64,000 nt of DNA from Octopus sinensis (GCF_006345805.1 NC_043018.1:19902001-19966000); one strand, 5' to 3'; numbered from the stretch's first letter, positions 12,700-24,113 are shown. A program made the numbers and translations. Notes: a model not told the origin generated them from the sequence alone.

Positions 12700-12875
12700 C
12701 CTGTAAATGTAGTTTGTGACAATTAATTGGTAGCCATGATAAACTTCGAGTTTCGGATGCCGAGGTGGAAATCCACGCCACCATGTCTTTAGTTGTCTGT
12801 GGATTTCCACCTCGGCATCCGAAACTCGGAGTTTTATCATGGCTACCAAATAATTGTCACATATTATATTTACAG
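12700..12875. repeat. Long near-perfect inverted repeat (~75-bp arms)
   Basis: GTGACAATTAATTGGTAGCCATGATAAAC..GAGTTTCGGATGCCGAGGTGGAAATCCAC and its reverse complement at ~12799-12875. Confidence 0.92.
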
Positions 12876-13058
12876 ATAAATTCCTCTATTTACGTAATAT
12901 CGAGGTCTCTTTCTTTCTTTTATTGTCTTACCATTTTTATCAATATATATATATATGTATGTATTTATTTTGATAATCAGTGAATAGACTTCACTGAATT
13001 ATAGATATATACAATACGAAGTCGAAACAAATATCGCCAGCTGACCGGTGTCTGCTCC

Positions 13059-13103
13059 TCTAAGCCGATGAAGGACAATGATCCTGAAACATGTGTCCCT
13101 AGA
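13059..13103 (+). ncRNA. Minimal type I hammerhead ribozyme motif (U4C core substitution)
   Basis: TCTAAG-CCGATGA-AGGA caatga TCCT-GAAAC-ATGT-GTC-CCTAGA: stem I 5/6 bp, stem II 4 bp, palindromic stem III, GUC triplet. Confidence 0.7.
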
Positions 13104-13955
13104 TGCAGCTCTGGCGGCCAGGGGTATTTGTCTCCCCTTCGTAAATGTATATAAGGACACAGGGAAAAATGTGTCAAAGCCATCAGGAGGCGTCGATGCT
13201 TCCTAGGGCTATACAGCGGTGGTGTACCCCACTACTGTCACGTTCGTGTTAGATTGACAGTATACAACCATTCTATGTATAGATATATGTATATATATAT
13301 ATATGGTGTTTCAGTCTAGTTAAGCAAGCGTGAGCATGTGTGTGTGTGTGTGTGTATGTATGTGTGTGTGTCACGTGTTGCATTAATACACTTCACAAAA
13401 TACACTCCTTTTAAACCTTAACATAACTTCACATATGAATGATTTCAGACAGCTTAAAGCTTAATTTTCTCATCTAATGGACATTTAGTGCCATTGCGTT
13501 CCTATTTTAAAAATTCCATTGCATTCCATTTTTGCTCTTAGCAGACCCAAACCCACCCGCTCTGATACTTCACCTCCCGCTACATCACAAAAATTATTTC
13601 CACCTTCCTAAACTAGAATGTTCAAACCAATAATAATAATTTTCTCTATTCAGTTTTACATACGTACAAATTCAATGTTGTTCTTTTGTTGTATAAACCA
13701 CACCTTTTATAGCACTAATTACGCCTTCTCCACCCAATGGATGCCAGCCCAAAAATGGTACCTGCGACTGTAGAGTTTACAGTCTAATGATGCTGATCAT
13801 AGAGGAATCTTCAAAGCCATTGTCAACATCTCCCTTATGAAAATAAATTTAATATCTTACATGTAAATTATGAGAGTTTCTACAATGTGATACACACACA
13901 CACATATATATATATATATACACACACATATACATATACATTTATACACACACAC

Positions 13956-14000
<45 letters not shown>

Positions 14001-14160
14001 CAACTTGATACCTCTGTAATTATTTGTATCTAAAGTGTCATCTCTACTTTTGTTGCAGTTGACTATGGGGCTGCAACACCAGTCATTGGGTATGACTCCT
14101 TCATGTATCACCTGGTTAACTATACAGTTGATTAGGCTATAGCCGACACTGCCAGATATT
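14001..14160 (-). pseudogene. RTE-type LINE reverse transcriptase N-terminal fragment (inverted)
   Basis: ...VIPNDWCCSPIVNCNKSRDDTLDTNNYRGIKL, matching the IPxDWxxSxIVxxxKxKGDxxxxxNYRGIKL motif of RTE RTs. Confidence 0.8.
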
Positions 14161-14434
14161 TTGAGCATCTCTGCAGTGATTCCTGATGGACCAGGGACTA
14201 AGATAAGGAGACAACTGTGCTGGTATGGTCATGTGTTCCGAATGAATGGGGACAGTTGTGTGAAAAAGTGTCACACCCTAGCAGTTGAGGGAACCTGTGG
14301 AATAGGTAGACCCAGGAAAACCTGGGATGAGGTGGTGAAGCACGATCTTCAAATATTGGGCCTTACTGAGGCAATGACTAGTGACAAAGACCTTTGGAGA
14401 TATGCTGTGCTTGAGAAGACTCGACAAGCCAAGT
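14161..14434 (+). pseudogene. RTE-type LINE ORF C-terminal fragment
   Basis: RRQLCWYGHVFRM...VEGTCGIGRPRKTWDEVVKHDL...DKDLWRYAVLEKTRQAK. Confidence 0.85.
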
Positions 14435-14564
14435 ATGGCTACGGGGTTAGTAAATCTGCCTCCCAACCATGTGATTTCAGGTGCATTCCCACTGTGTGGC
14501 ACCTTGAGCAGATATCTTCTGCTATAGTCCCAAACCAACCAAAGGGGCTGTTATTATATATGTA

Positions 14565-14946
14565 CTAGCAGTATCGCCCGGCGTTGCTCAGGTTTGTAAG
14601 GGAAATAACTATAAAGCATTTTTAGAGAGTTATAGCCAAAAAATAGCAAAAAAATGGAAAAAAATGATGGTAAATTTTTTTGAGAGTTAAAAAAGGTGGA
14701 GTTGCGTCCCCTAGACGGTCTGTGGTTTGGGTTTCTGATTCTCGACCCCATGTCGAATTTATCGATTTTTTTCAGAACTGGGGGAACTTTTCAAAATTTT
14801 CGCTGCGTTAGTTTTGAATTATGACATTGGGCTATGTGTGTGTCAAGTTTCATCAGAATCGGTTGAAAGCCGTGGTCAGAGTGAGGGTACGAGAAAACAG
14901 ACACACAGAAAACGCACAGACAAACTGCCGTTTATATAGAGAGAGA
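14565..14946 (-). mobile_element. Non-autonomous Helitron (A|TC...hairpin-CTAG|T)
   Basis: Minus strand starts TC and ends CCTGAGCAACGCCGGG hairpin + CTAG followed by T; second copy at 49554-49937 (+). Confidence 0.8.
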
Positions 14947-15048
14947 TATGTGTGTGGAGCCTTTATAGTAGTAGTAGAAAAAACTAGAGAGAGGACACAG
15001 CTCACCTTCGATCAGAAACTGTAGCATGTTTGCAAGGAGTGACTTTAA

Positions 15049-15269
15049 ACCTTTCATTACCGTATTTATTTTGATGTGCTCTGTGTTTCTTTCAATTACT
15101 TTAAATATAACAAAGAATTTAGTAAAATTATTTAGTTATCATTAAGTTAGTGTTAGGAACATAAATTGTGACTAAGGTTTGGTGGAAGATTTTAATTCAA
15201 AACTTATGAAAACAAGACATTTGTACGACAGAGCCAGAGCCGGTTTCAGCCGGGTTGGTAATGAAAGGG
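15049..15269. mobile_element. piggyBac-type MITE, 221 bp
   Basis: TTAA flanks at 15045-48 and 15270-73; termini (A)CCTTTC...GAAAGGG; sisters at 50193-50413 and 56557-56777. Confidence 0.8.
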
Positions 15270-15510
15270 TTAAGTCAGTATCTTGGGTGGCTGTCCTTTC
15301 GATGCTGTCGATGATTTCTCTGTGTTTTGCACCAGAATCATCTAAGTGGAGGCAATATTCCCATCTGTGTTGGTGCCACTATTTACACAACTAGAAATAA
15401 GATGATGCTGTAAGCAGATAGCTGAAGATATCAACTCTTAGGTATGAGAGGTCAGATCTGGCTAATTTGAACACAAAACGGAATATTTGGGCCCGATATG
15501 GCTGGTTTAA

Positions 15511-15968
15511 CCCCTTAGCATTCAGATTACTCTGTCAAATGAAATTTTTTTTTATTCACATTGCTTTGAATTAGTTAGTTAATTTTTTGGCTCAAAAGCA
15601 AAAAGTAAGGCCATGTAGGGGGACATGGAGTTAAGTACAGGGTGGTGTTCATGTAAAGAGTTCAGGCCACTTGAGGTCAAGGGAGACTTTGAACAAAGCG
15701 GTCGTTGGCATCTTCACCATCTCGTCTGGCAGCTTGTTCCATGGATCCGCAACCCGGACGGAGAAAGCTCCTCTCCTTCAATTGAGATGAAATCATCACA
15801 GGTAGAGCTTTTCGGAATGACCCTCACAGCTTTGAAATTTTGAGGATTTGAATGTTTATTTCTAGAATGGTATTGTAGAGTAGGTGTGAGAGGCAGGATC
15901 TGGCCTGTTTGTGCATAAAACAGGTAGAATATTTGGGCTGGCTTATGACCAGTTTAAATGCTAAATAG
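15511..15968. mobile_element. Second TTAA-type MITE (CCCTTAGCATT termini), split by a CR1 fragment
   Basis: TTAA|CCCCTTAGCATT at 15507; AATGCTAAATAG|TTCA near 15968. Confidence 0.55.
15571..15828 (-). pseudogene. CR1-like LINE 3' end with (TAAC)n tail
   Basis: RGHSEKL...RRGAFSVRVADPWNKLPDEMVKMPTTALFKVSLDLKW; flanked by GCTTTGAA at 15563-70 and 15829-36. Confidence 0.8.
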
Positions 15969-16573
15969 TTCAACTATTCAAAATGTAGCATTGGTGGAAT
16001 GGTAAGTTTAAAAGACTTCCATCTTTAGCACTTGTGATACCAACCCACCTCAAAGTGTTCCTGGTTCTATGATTCCAACTTCCTCATTTAAATGAAAACT
16101 TTCCATTAAAACTCCATGGTAATTTACGTTCCAAATACCAGCTCAATAATGACAAAAGAAATTTACTAAATAATTCTTTACTTCCAAAATTAATTGGCAC
16201 AAAGGCATTGTGTAGTTTAATTGGAATTTGGAAAGAAAGGGGTCAACTCTTTTGATACCTACCCACCTGAGACCATTCTTGGTTCTATGATACAAATTTA
16301 CTTTTCATATTGATTGAAATTAAAATTTTCCATCAGAGTTTATTATTAATTTATGTTCCAAACACCACATTTGTAATGAAAAAGTTATTTTTGCAGAATT
16401 CTTCATTATTTCCAAAATTAATTGAAACAAGTCATTGCATTTCAACAGAAATATGGTAACAAAAGGTTTTACGTGATCTAATATGAAACCTTCCCTCAAA
16501 ATTTTATGCTAATTTAGGTTCCAAAGTTCAGATTGATAATGACAAATTTATTTGACAAAATTCTTCTTCATTA

Positions 16574-17249
16574 TTCTTTTAATCTTTTATTTGTTTCAGT
16601 CATTTGACTGCGGCCATGCTGGAGCACCGCCTTTAGTCGAGCAAATCAACCCAAGGACTTATTCTTCGTAAGCCTAGTAGTTATTTCATTGGTCTCTCTT
16701 GCCGGACCGCTAAGTGACGGGGACATAAACACACCATCATCGGTTGTCAAGCGATGTTGGACGGACAAACACAGACGTACAAACATATACATATCATCAT
16801 CATCATATAGCGTCCGTTTTCCATGCTAGCATGGGTTGGACGGTTCAACTGGGGCCTGTGAAGCCGGAAAGCTTCATCAGGCCCAGTCAGATCTGGCAGT
16901 GTTTCTACGGCCGGATGCCCTTCCTAACGCCAACCACTCCGTGAGTGTAGTGGGTGCTTTTTACGTGCCACCCGCACAGGTGCCATACAGAGCTGACAAA
17001 CGGACACGAACGGATGGTGCTTTTACGTGCCACCGGCACGGGGGTCAGGCGTGCCAGCCCCCGCCTGTCCCCCCATATATATATATATACGACAGGCTTC
17101 TTTGAGCTTTCGTCTACCAAATCCACTCACTAGGCTTTGGTCGGCTCGAGGCTAGAGTAGAAGACATTTACCCAAGGTGCCACGCAGTTGGACTGAACCC
17201 GGAACCATGTGGTTGGTAAGCGAGCTACTTACCACACAGCCACTCCTGC
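16574..17249 (-). mobile_element. Family K SINE split by a T insertion (~16797-17065) in its central microsatellite
   Basis: K 3' half ~16574-16796, K 5' half ~17075-17249, with an intact T tail and modules between them. Confidence 0.85.
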
Positions 17250-17274
17250 AAAGGTAGTGTATTTCAGCTGAAAT

Positions 17275-17455
17275 CATCATCATCATCATCATCATTTAGC
17301 GTCCGCTTTCCATGCTAGCATGGGTTGGAGTATTCGACCGGGGTCTGTGAAGCCAGAAGGCTGCATCAGGCCCAGTCTGATCTGACAGTGTTTCTACGGC
17401 TGGATGCCCTTCCTAACGCCAACCACTCCATGAGTGTAGTGGGTGCTTTTTATGT
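17275..17455 (-). mobile_element. Family T, truncated
   Basis: (CAT)n TTTAGCGTCCGC...GTAGTGGGTGCTTTT. Confidence 0.85.
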
Positions 17456-17535
17456 TCCAAACTCCAGATTAATGACAAATTTATTTTATTAAATTCTTTG
17501 TTATTTTCAAAATTAATTGCAACAAAGACATTGTA

Positions 17536-18692
17536 GAAAATTACTATTTCTTTAAATCTCACAATGAGAGATATTCAGCTATTATATTATTATACTTTGG
17601 AGTAAAGATTTTTGCCAACATATCTTGGCAGTCCTGGTTTAGGACGAATGTGGCTAGGGTTACAGCAACATTCGTCCTAAACTAGGACTGCCATGTTATG
17701 TTGGCAAACAATCTTTACTCCAAAGTACTGTTACTGAATATCTCTTGTTGCGAGATTTAAAAAAAAAATAGTAATTTTTTAATTTATATATCAGTGACTA
17801 GTTGTCACTTTGAAAACTTTATATTTTGAATGGGAATTTGGCAGTGCCACCTCTAGCCAAACAGTTATTCTGGGCTGATGAAGGGAAATAACCCGGAAAT
17901 TACGATACACAGATATTGTTTTGATGTGAATGGAGGTGCTAGATTCCCTTGTTCGAAAATATAAGGACACAGATTGTGGCGTATAACCAGCTGGAGATGA
18001 TTCTCCTGGGACTAAATTACAGCAACATTCGTCCTAAACCAGGATTGCCATGTTATGCTGGCAAACAATCTTTACTACAAAGTATTGTTGCTGAATATTT
18101 CGCGTTGTGAGGTTTAAAAATAGTAATTTTCTAATTTATAGATCAGTGACTAGTTGTCACTTTGAAAACTATATATTTTGAATGGGAATTTGGCAGCGCC
18201 ACCTCTAGCCAAACAATTATTCTGTGCTGACAAAGGGAAATAACCCGGAAATTACGATACACAGCTATTGTTTTGAGCTGAGTGGGGGTGCTAGATTCCC
18301 TTGTTCGAAAATATAAGGACAAACAATCTTTACTCCAAAGTACTGTTACTGAATATCTCTTGTTGCGAGATTTAAAAAAAAAATAGTAATTTTCTAATTT
18401 ATATATCAGTGACTAGTTGTCACTTTGAAAACTTTATATTTTGAATGGGAATTTGGCAGTGCCACCTCTAGCCAAACAGTTATTCTGGGCTGATGAAGGG
18501 AAATAACCCGGAAATTACGATACACAGCTATTGTTTTGAGCTGAGTGGGGGTGCTAGATTCCCTTGTTCGAAAATATAAGGACACAGATTGTGTCGTATA
18601 GCCAGCTGGAGATGATTCTCCTGGGACTAAATTACAGCAACATTCGTCCTAAACCAGGACTGTCATGTTATGTTGGCAAATAATCTTTACTC
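17536..18692 (+). mobile_element. Non-autonomous Penelope-like/retrozyme-like insertion: inverted 5' arm + tandem ~357-bp hammerhead-bearing units
   Basis: Direct repeat CAAAGACATTGTA at 17523-35 and 18693-705; inverted arms ~17536-17655 / 17664-17780; TACAGCAACA at 17661 and 18018; three hammerhead motifs. Confidence 0.75.
17869..17913 (+). ncRNA. Minimal type I hammerhead motif, copy 1 (copies 2 and 3 at 18221-18264 and 18484-18527)
   Basis: CTGGG-CTGATGA-A GGG aaataa CCC G-GAAA-T tacg A-TA-CACAG; copy 2 has a perfect stem I (CTGTG/CACAG) but a CTGACAA core. Confidence 0.65.
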
Positions 18693-19344
18693 CAAAGACA
18701 TTGTATTTGTCCAAAAATATGATGGCAAAAGGTTTTAGGTAATCTAAACTAAACCATTCCATCAAAATTCTGTGTTAATTTATTTTCCAACTACCAAAAT
18801 AATAACGGCAAATTTATTTCATGAATTTTTTCATTATTTTCAAAATTGGTTGAAACAAATGCTGTGTATTTCAAAAGAAATCCTGTAACAGAAGGGTTAA
18901 GGTGATCTAAATTGAAACTTCCTTTCAAAGTTTCATGTAAATTTATGTTCCAAACAAGCTGAATAATAATGGCAAATCTATTCATCAAGATTATTCCTAA
19001 TTTTCAAAATTAATTGAGAAGAAGCACAGTGCATTTTGACTGAAATATTGTAACAAAAGGGTTTGAGATAAACTTGGTTATCCAACCAATTATAACCTCA
19101 TTGTCAATAAATCATCTCATTTATCTGCACATTCAATTAAGTAATTAGTTACCCTGAATATATTTTATAAAACCGTGTTCCCGTTTAACTTGCATTATGT
19201 TAAGAGGTTCTCATTGTAGCCAAAGAGTTTTAGGTTCAGTTCCACTGTGTGCCTCTTTGAGCAAGTGTCATCCACTGCTTATTCTAACCAATGCCATGTG
19301 AGAAATATTTGGTAGATGGAAACTGTATGGAAGCCCATTATATA

Positions 19345-19620
19345 TTTATGTGGCTGTTGCCAGTGCCACCCTGACTGGCCTCTGTAAAAAGTACCATCCG
19401 ATCGTGGCCATTTGCCAGCCTCGTCTGGCACCTGTGCAGGTGGCACATAAAAAGCACCCACTACAGTCTTGGAGTGGTTGGTGTTAGGAAGTGCATCCAG
19501 CTGTAGAAACACTGCCAGATCAGACTGGGCCTGGCGCAGCCTTCTGGCTTCCCAGACCCCAGTTGAACCGTCCAACCCATGCTAGCATGGAAAACGGACG
19601 TTAAACGATGATGATGATAT
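19345..19620 (+). mobile_element. Family T, adjoining a degenerate K fragment (~19205-19345)
   Basis: GGCACATAAAAAGCACCCACTAC...GGACGTTAAACGATGATG. Confidence 0.85.
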
Positions 19621-20462
19621 CTCTGACTTATCTAAAAGTGCATAAATGACTGCCCAACCCATGCCAGTGTGGAAAAGTGGAGGTAAAATGGTGATGATGA
19701 TTATGATGATGATGGCGATGATGACAATGATGATGGTAATGGTAATGATGATGATGATGTGTGTCCATGTCTATGTTTATGTCTTGTTAACTTAGAGGTT
19801 TGGCAAATAGTAATTGCTAAAATAAGTAACAAACTTAAGATATCTTCTGATACTGATAGTGCTCCAGTATGGCCTTAGTCCATTGCTAAAAAAAAACAAT
19901 AAAAGATTAGATTCAGAATACATTTTACTAATTGCCAGTTGATATCACTGAATATCACATGGTCGCTATGGTAACTTGATTTAGGTGTAGACTGACTAAA
20001 ATGGATATCTCATACACACACAATTGCCTAGACACATTTATTCCTGTTGGGCTTCGTTGTTATCATACTGAAACTGTCAAGGTAGACTTAGGCTATTGTT
20101 TTTGAGATGTTTTGTGGTTTTTCTCTTGAGTAAAAACGTTTTCTTTTTCCTCCTTTTCTTTTTTCTCTTACATTCTTCCACCACTTGTTAAAAAACGGTA
20201 AAAGAAACCCCAAAAGAATGGGCAAACCTGCTGTTTACTTCGGTAATCTGATGGGATCTAAGTTGTTTTTGAGTGTTAAATGTGACATTATTTACTGACA
20301 CAGACATCTTCTCGCAGTGAATATGCAACAGTAGAAGAAGAAGATGGTGCTTTTTTTTTCTTGGGTTTTTAGTTTTTTTTTTATTACTAAAATTGATTGA
20401 TTGCAGATTTCTTGGAGAAAACGCTGCTTATGTTGTCAATCTTTCTATAATTCTTCTTATAC

Positions 20463-20464
<2 letters not shown>

Positions 20465-20500
<36 letters not shown>

Positions 20501-20685
20501 TATATATATGTATGTATGTATATATATGTGTGTGTGTATTTATGTATATATATATATGTGTGTGTATGTATGTATATATATATATGTGTGTATGTATGTA
20601 TATATATATATGTGTATGTGTGTATGTATATATATATATATATTATATTATATATATATATATTATATATATATGTGTGTTTATG

Positions 20686-20743
<58 letters not shown>

Positions 20744-20790
20744 TATATGTATATGTATATATATTATATATATATATATATATCTCCACC
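20465..20790. repeat. (TA)n/(TG)n microsatellite
   Basis: Direct reading. Confidence 0.95.
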
Positions 20791-21568
20791 AATATATGCC
20801 GAACCTATGCTAGCATGGAGAACGGACGTTAAACTATGATGATGATGATGATATATATATGTGTGTGTGTGTATGTGTATGTATATATATATGTGTGTAT
20901 GTGTGTGTATATATATCCATGTGTATATATATATATCCATGTGTATATATATCCATGTGTATATATATGTGTGTGTGTATTTGGAGTCTTTCTTTTCCTG
21001 CCAGTTCTTCATTGATATTTTTACACAATGAATTTTAATAGTCATTGCCATCCCTTCATTGGGAAGAACCAATCCTCATCGTCTCTAATAGCCAGTGACA
21101 TTTTCTTTTTACGGAGATTTCCATTTCGGCATGTCCTTCTTTAAAATGTCCACCGCATCTCAATTTGGAAACCACTTACTTCAGAAAGCTCACTTTCCTC
21201 TAATAGTACAAAAAAAAAAATAAAAAAAAAAAAACATAAACAAAAAAAAAACCCTTTCTAGAAGCTTCTCAGAGAACAAAAATAAAGAAAATTTCTAATT
21301 ATCAAGATTGATGTTATTCTTTTTCTACATTTTTTTTTTTTATACTTAAAATAAGATTCCAGCCATTGAGAACACGATAACCAACTTTGACACAGAGATT
21401 AACTTGAAAAATGTAGAGATGAAAAGAAGTTTTCTCGTTAAAACTTTTTTTTCCTATCAGTGTTAAATAGTTGCCTGGGCCAACCAAAAGTACAGTTATC
21501 CTGTGATGATATCAAATGGAAAAAAAAAATACAAAAAAAAAAAATTAATAATATTGAGTAATAACTAA

Positions 21569-22202
21569 AGTGGTGAGCTGGTGGAATCATTAGTGTGCTG
21601 GGAAAAATGCTTTCATGTTCTGAGTTCAAATTCCGCTGTGGTTGACTTTCACTTTCATCTTTCCAGGGTCAAGAAAATAAGAACCTGGTGAACAATGGGA
21701 TTGCTGTAATTGACTAGCATCCTGCATGCAGAATTCCTGGCCTTGCGCCAGAATTTGAAACCATTATCAAAGCTGGGAGCTGGCGGAATCGTCAGCATGC
21801 TGCTCAAAACGTTTTGCTGCATTTTGTCCATTTTTATGTTCTGAGTTCAAATTCCGCTGCGGTTGACTTTACCTGTCTTGATTTCAGGGCCAATAAAATA
21901 AGTACCAGTCAGACACTGGGGTCAATGTAATCGACTTACCCCTTCCCTTGAAATTGCTGGCCTTGTGCCAAAATTTGAAACCATTATCAAAGCTGGGAGC
22001 TGGCGGAATCGTCAGCATGCTGCCCAAAATGTTTTGCTACATTTTGTTCATTTTTATGTTCAGAGTTCAAATTCCGCTGCTGTTGACTTTGCCTGTCTTC
22101 ATTTCAGGGCCAATAAAATAAGTACCAGTCAGACACTGGAGTCAATGTAATCGACTTACCCCCTCCCTTGAAATTGCTGGCCTTGTGCCAAAATTTGAAA
22201 CC
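21569..22202 (+). mobile_element. Three tandem M-family SINEs (GCTGGCCTTGTGCCAAAATTTGAAACC tail); copies 2 and 3 form a 220-bp tandem duplication
   Basis: CCATTATCAAAGCTGGGAGCTGGCGGAATCGTCAGC at 21761 and 21981; GAGTTCAAATTCC B-box in each copy. Confidence 0.85.
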
Positions 22203-22576
22203 AACAATATTGTGTTTTATTCAAAACCAAAAACCCACTAAAACAGACTTAATTTCTCAGAGTTTTAATTTGTTTTTTATTTTCTTTCATGTTTTAGATT
22301 CGAGTTAATTTCAAATTCCTATTAAACCAAATGAGAAATTCAACACGAGTTACTTCTGGTTTTGAATAATTAATTAACGAAGGTAAGAAGTTTCAAATGA
22401 TCTAAAATAGAAAGTTCTCTACATTTTTAATTTTATTCAGTAATTTGAAAAAAGAAATTTTTCCCTAAATTTCAAATTGAAATTAAAAATTTTGAATTTG
22501 AATTTTTTCCAGTTTTGTAATCTTAATTATAATTAAATCATTGCAGTTCTATATTTAACAGATGAGGAATTATGTA

Positions 22577-22960
22577 CATTATTTACATTATCTACATTTG
22601 ATGGATTTTTGTCCTCATCTTGTTTGTTGTTAACTCAACATTTCGGCTGATATACCCTTCAGCCTTCATTAGGTGTCTTGGGGAAATTTCGAACCTGGGT
22701 TCTCATTCCTAAAGTATTTTTCTATGTTGTCATCGTCGTCACTGCTTGGAATCAAACTCGGAATCTTGGGATTAGTAGTCCACACCAAGCAGTGACCTGA
22801 ATAATAATAATAATAATAACATCGAAAAATACTTTAGGAATGAGAACCCAGGTCTGAAATTTCCCCAAGACACCTGATGAAGGTTGGAGGGTATACCAGC
22901 TGAAATGTTTTGTTAACAACAAGCAAGATGAGGACAAATATCCATCAAATGTAAATAATG
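22577..22960. mobile_element. Palindromic element (~150-bp arms) with a degenerate hammerhead motif in each arm (inverted Penelope-like pLTR pair)
   Basis: Right arm GACAC-CTGATGA(22874-80)-AGGTTG..CAGCT-GAAATGTT; left arm (minus) GACAC-CTAATGA-AGGCTG..CAGCC-GAAATGTT; inner hairpin GTCACTGCTTGG/CCAAGCAGTGAC. Confidence 0.7.
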
Positions 22961-23637
22961 ATTAAATCATTGGTTTCTTAATTAGTGAGAAGACTTAATT
23001 CTTGTGAAGAACCAATGCATGGGGTTGTTGTTAGAATGTTGGAGTAAAAAATCCCAGGATGGATTTTATGGGCAAAGGTATAGGGCAACTGGCAGCGGAC
23101 CTCTGAATGGATTCTTATTTAAGCCCTTTATTCTCTGTGGAGTGTAGGCTTTTTCTCCACTGTTCTCAAACCTAAACCATCTTTTCCTGAGAGGCCTTCC
23201 TTTCCCAGGTTTCATCAGTTTTGAACGTCACCGATGCATCTGCAATAATTTGTGTGTGTGTTTACATGAGAACCATTGTAAGTTTGTTTACATCCCTTTG
23301 ACCTGGCAATTTGGCCAAAAGTGACCCCCCCCACCAATCCATTTCTCAGTTTAACACAATCATCTGACACTATGGATGCTATTAGTGAAGTCCACTCTGT
23401 TGCAAGAATTTGAGCCAAGACCCCTATACGAGAATACCTTACTCCTTCCCGCTTACCTTGGAAGCCCTGTAGAACAAGGGTCCTCAATCACCAAGCCACG
23501 GACCAGTAGTACTGGGCCCCACAGAAACAATAAATTTTAAAATTTTATTTCTATTTTGTCAAGTGTCACAGTCTGCAGGGTGTTTTTGCATTATACGCAT
23601 ATTATACATGTAATATGTATGTGTATGAGTTTCGGAT

Positions 23638-23728
23638 GTCGGGGCAGAAATGTGCTCTGGCATCTCATCAGTTATTTTTTGTTTATCTTAATAACTGACA
23701 AGATGCAGGAGCAGATTTCCGCCCTGAC
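23638..23728. repeat. Short inverted repeat (39-bp arms, 13-nt loop)
   Basis: GTCGGGGCAGAAATGTGCTCTGGCATCTCATCAGTTATT vs reverse complement of 23690-23728. Confidence 0.8.
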
Positions 23729-23810
23729 GTCTAAAATTTGGAGTTTTATTATGTTAACTAAATAATTGGCAGATATTATATTATATATATATGATATGTA
23801 CATATATATA

Positions 23811-24113
23811 TCACGTGATCACGTGACCGACCAGTCCATCAGATGTAGTTTCACATCGCTGGTCACAATGCTTTCGCATTGTTTTAGCCTTCGAATGACG
23901 CCACCCCGCTGGCTAAGCGAGCAGGCCAACAGAAGAAAGAGTGGGAGAAAGAGTGGTGAAAGAGTACAGCAGGGATCACTACCCCCTGCCGGAGCCTCGT
24001 GGAGCTTTTAGGTGTTTTCGCTCAATAAACACTCACAACACCGGTCTGGGAATCGAAACCGTGATCCTATGACCACGAGTCCGCTGCCCTAACCACTAGG
24101 CCATTGCGCCTCC
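23811..24113 (-). mobile_element. Family R SINE, alternative-tail subfamily
   Basis: Reverse complement of 10709-11010. Confidence 0.88.

Larger units (their letters stand above)
16020..19065. repeat. Tandemly reiterated AT-rich MITE-like units (GTAACAAAAGGGTTAA ends) hosting later insertions
   Basis: Related units at ~16020-16215, 16242-16468, 16470-16575, 17455-17535, 18700-18900 and 18900-19065. Confidence 0.6.

Noticed and set aside
22298-22382. 85-nt segment between a strong acceptor and GTAAGA
   Set aside because: Stops in all three frames; no support for coding, and a non-coding exon cannot be shown from sequence alone.
23170-23235. CTGATGA...GAAA on the minus strand with a 7-bp hairpin
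   Set aside because: Stem II is out of register with the core by 2-3 nt and there is no valid cleavage triplet.
23457-23466. 10-nt minus-strand microexon (CAG|GGCTTCCAAG|GTAAGC)
   Set aside because: Not a multiple of three and weak pyrimidine tract; compatible with chance.
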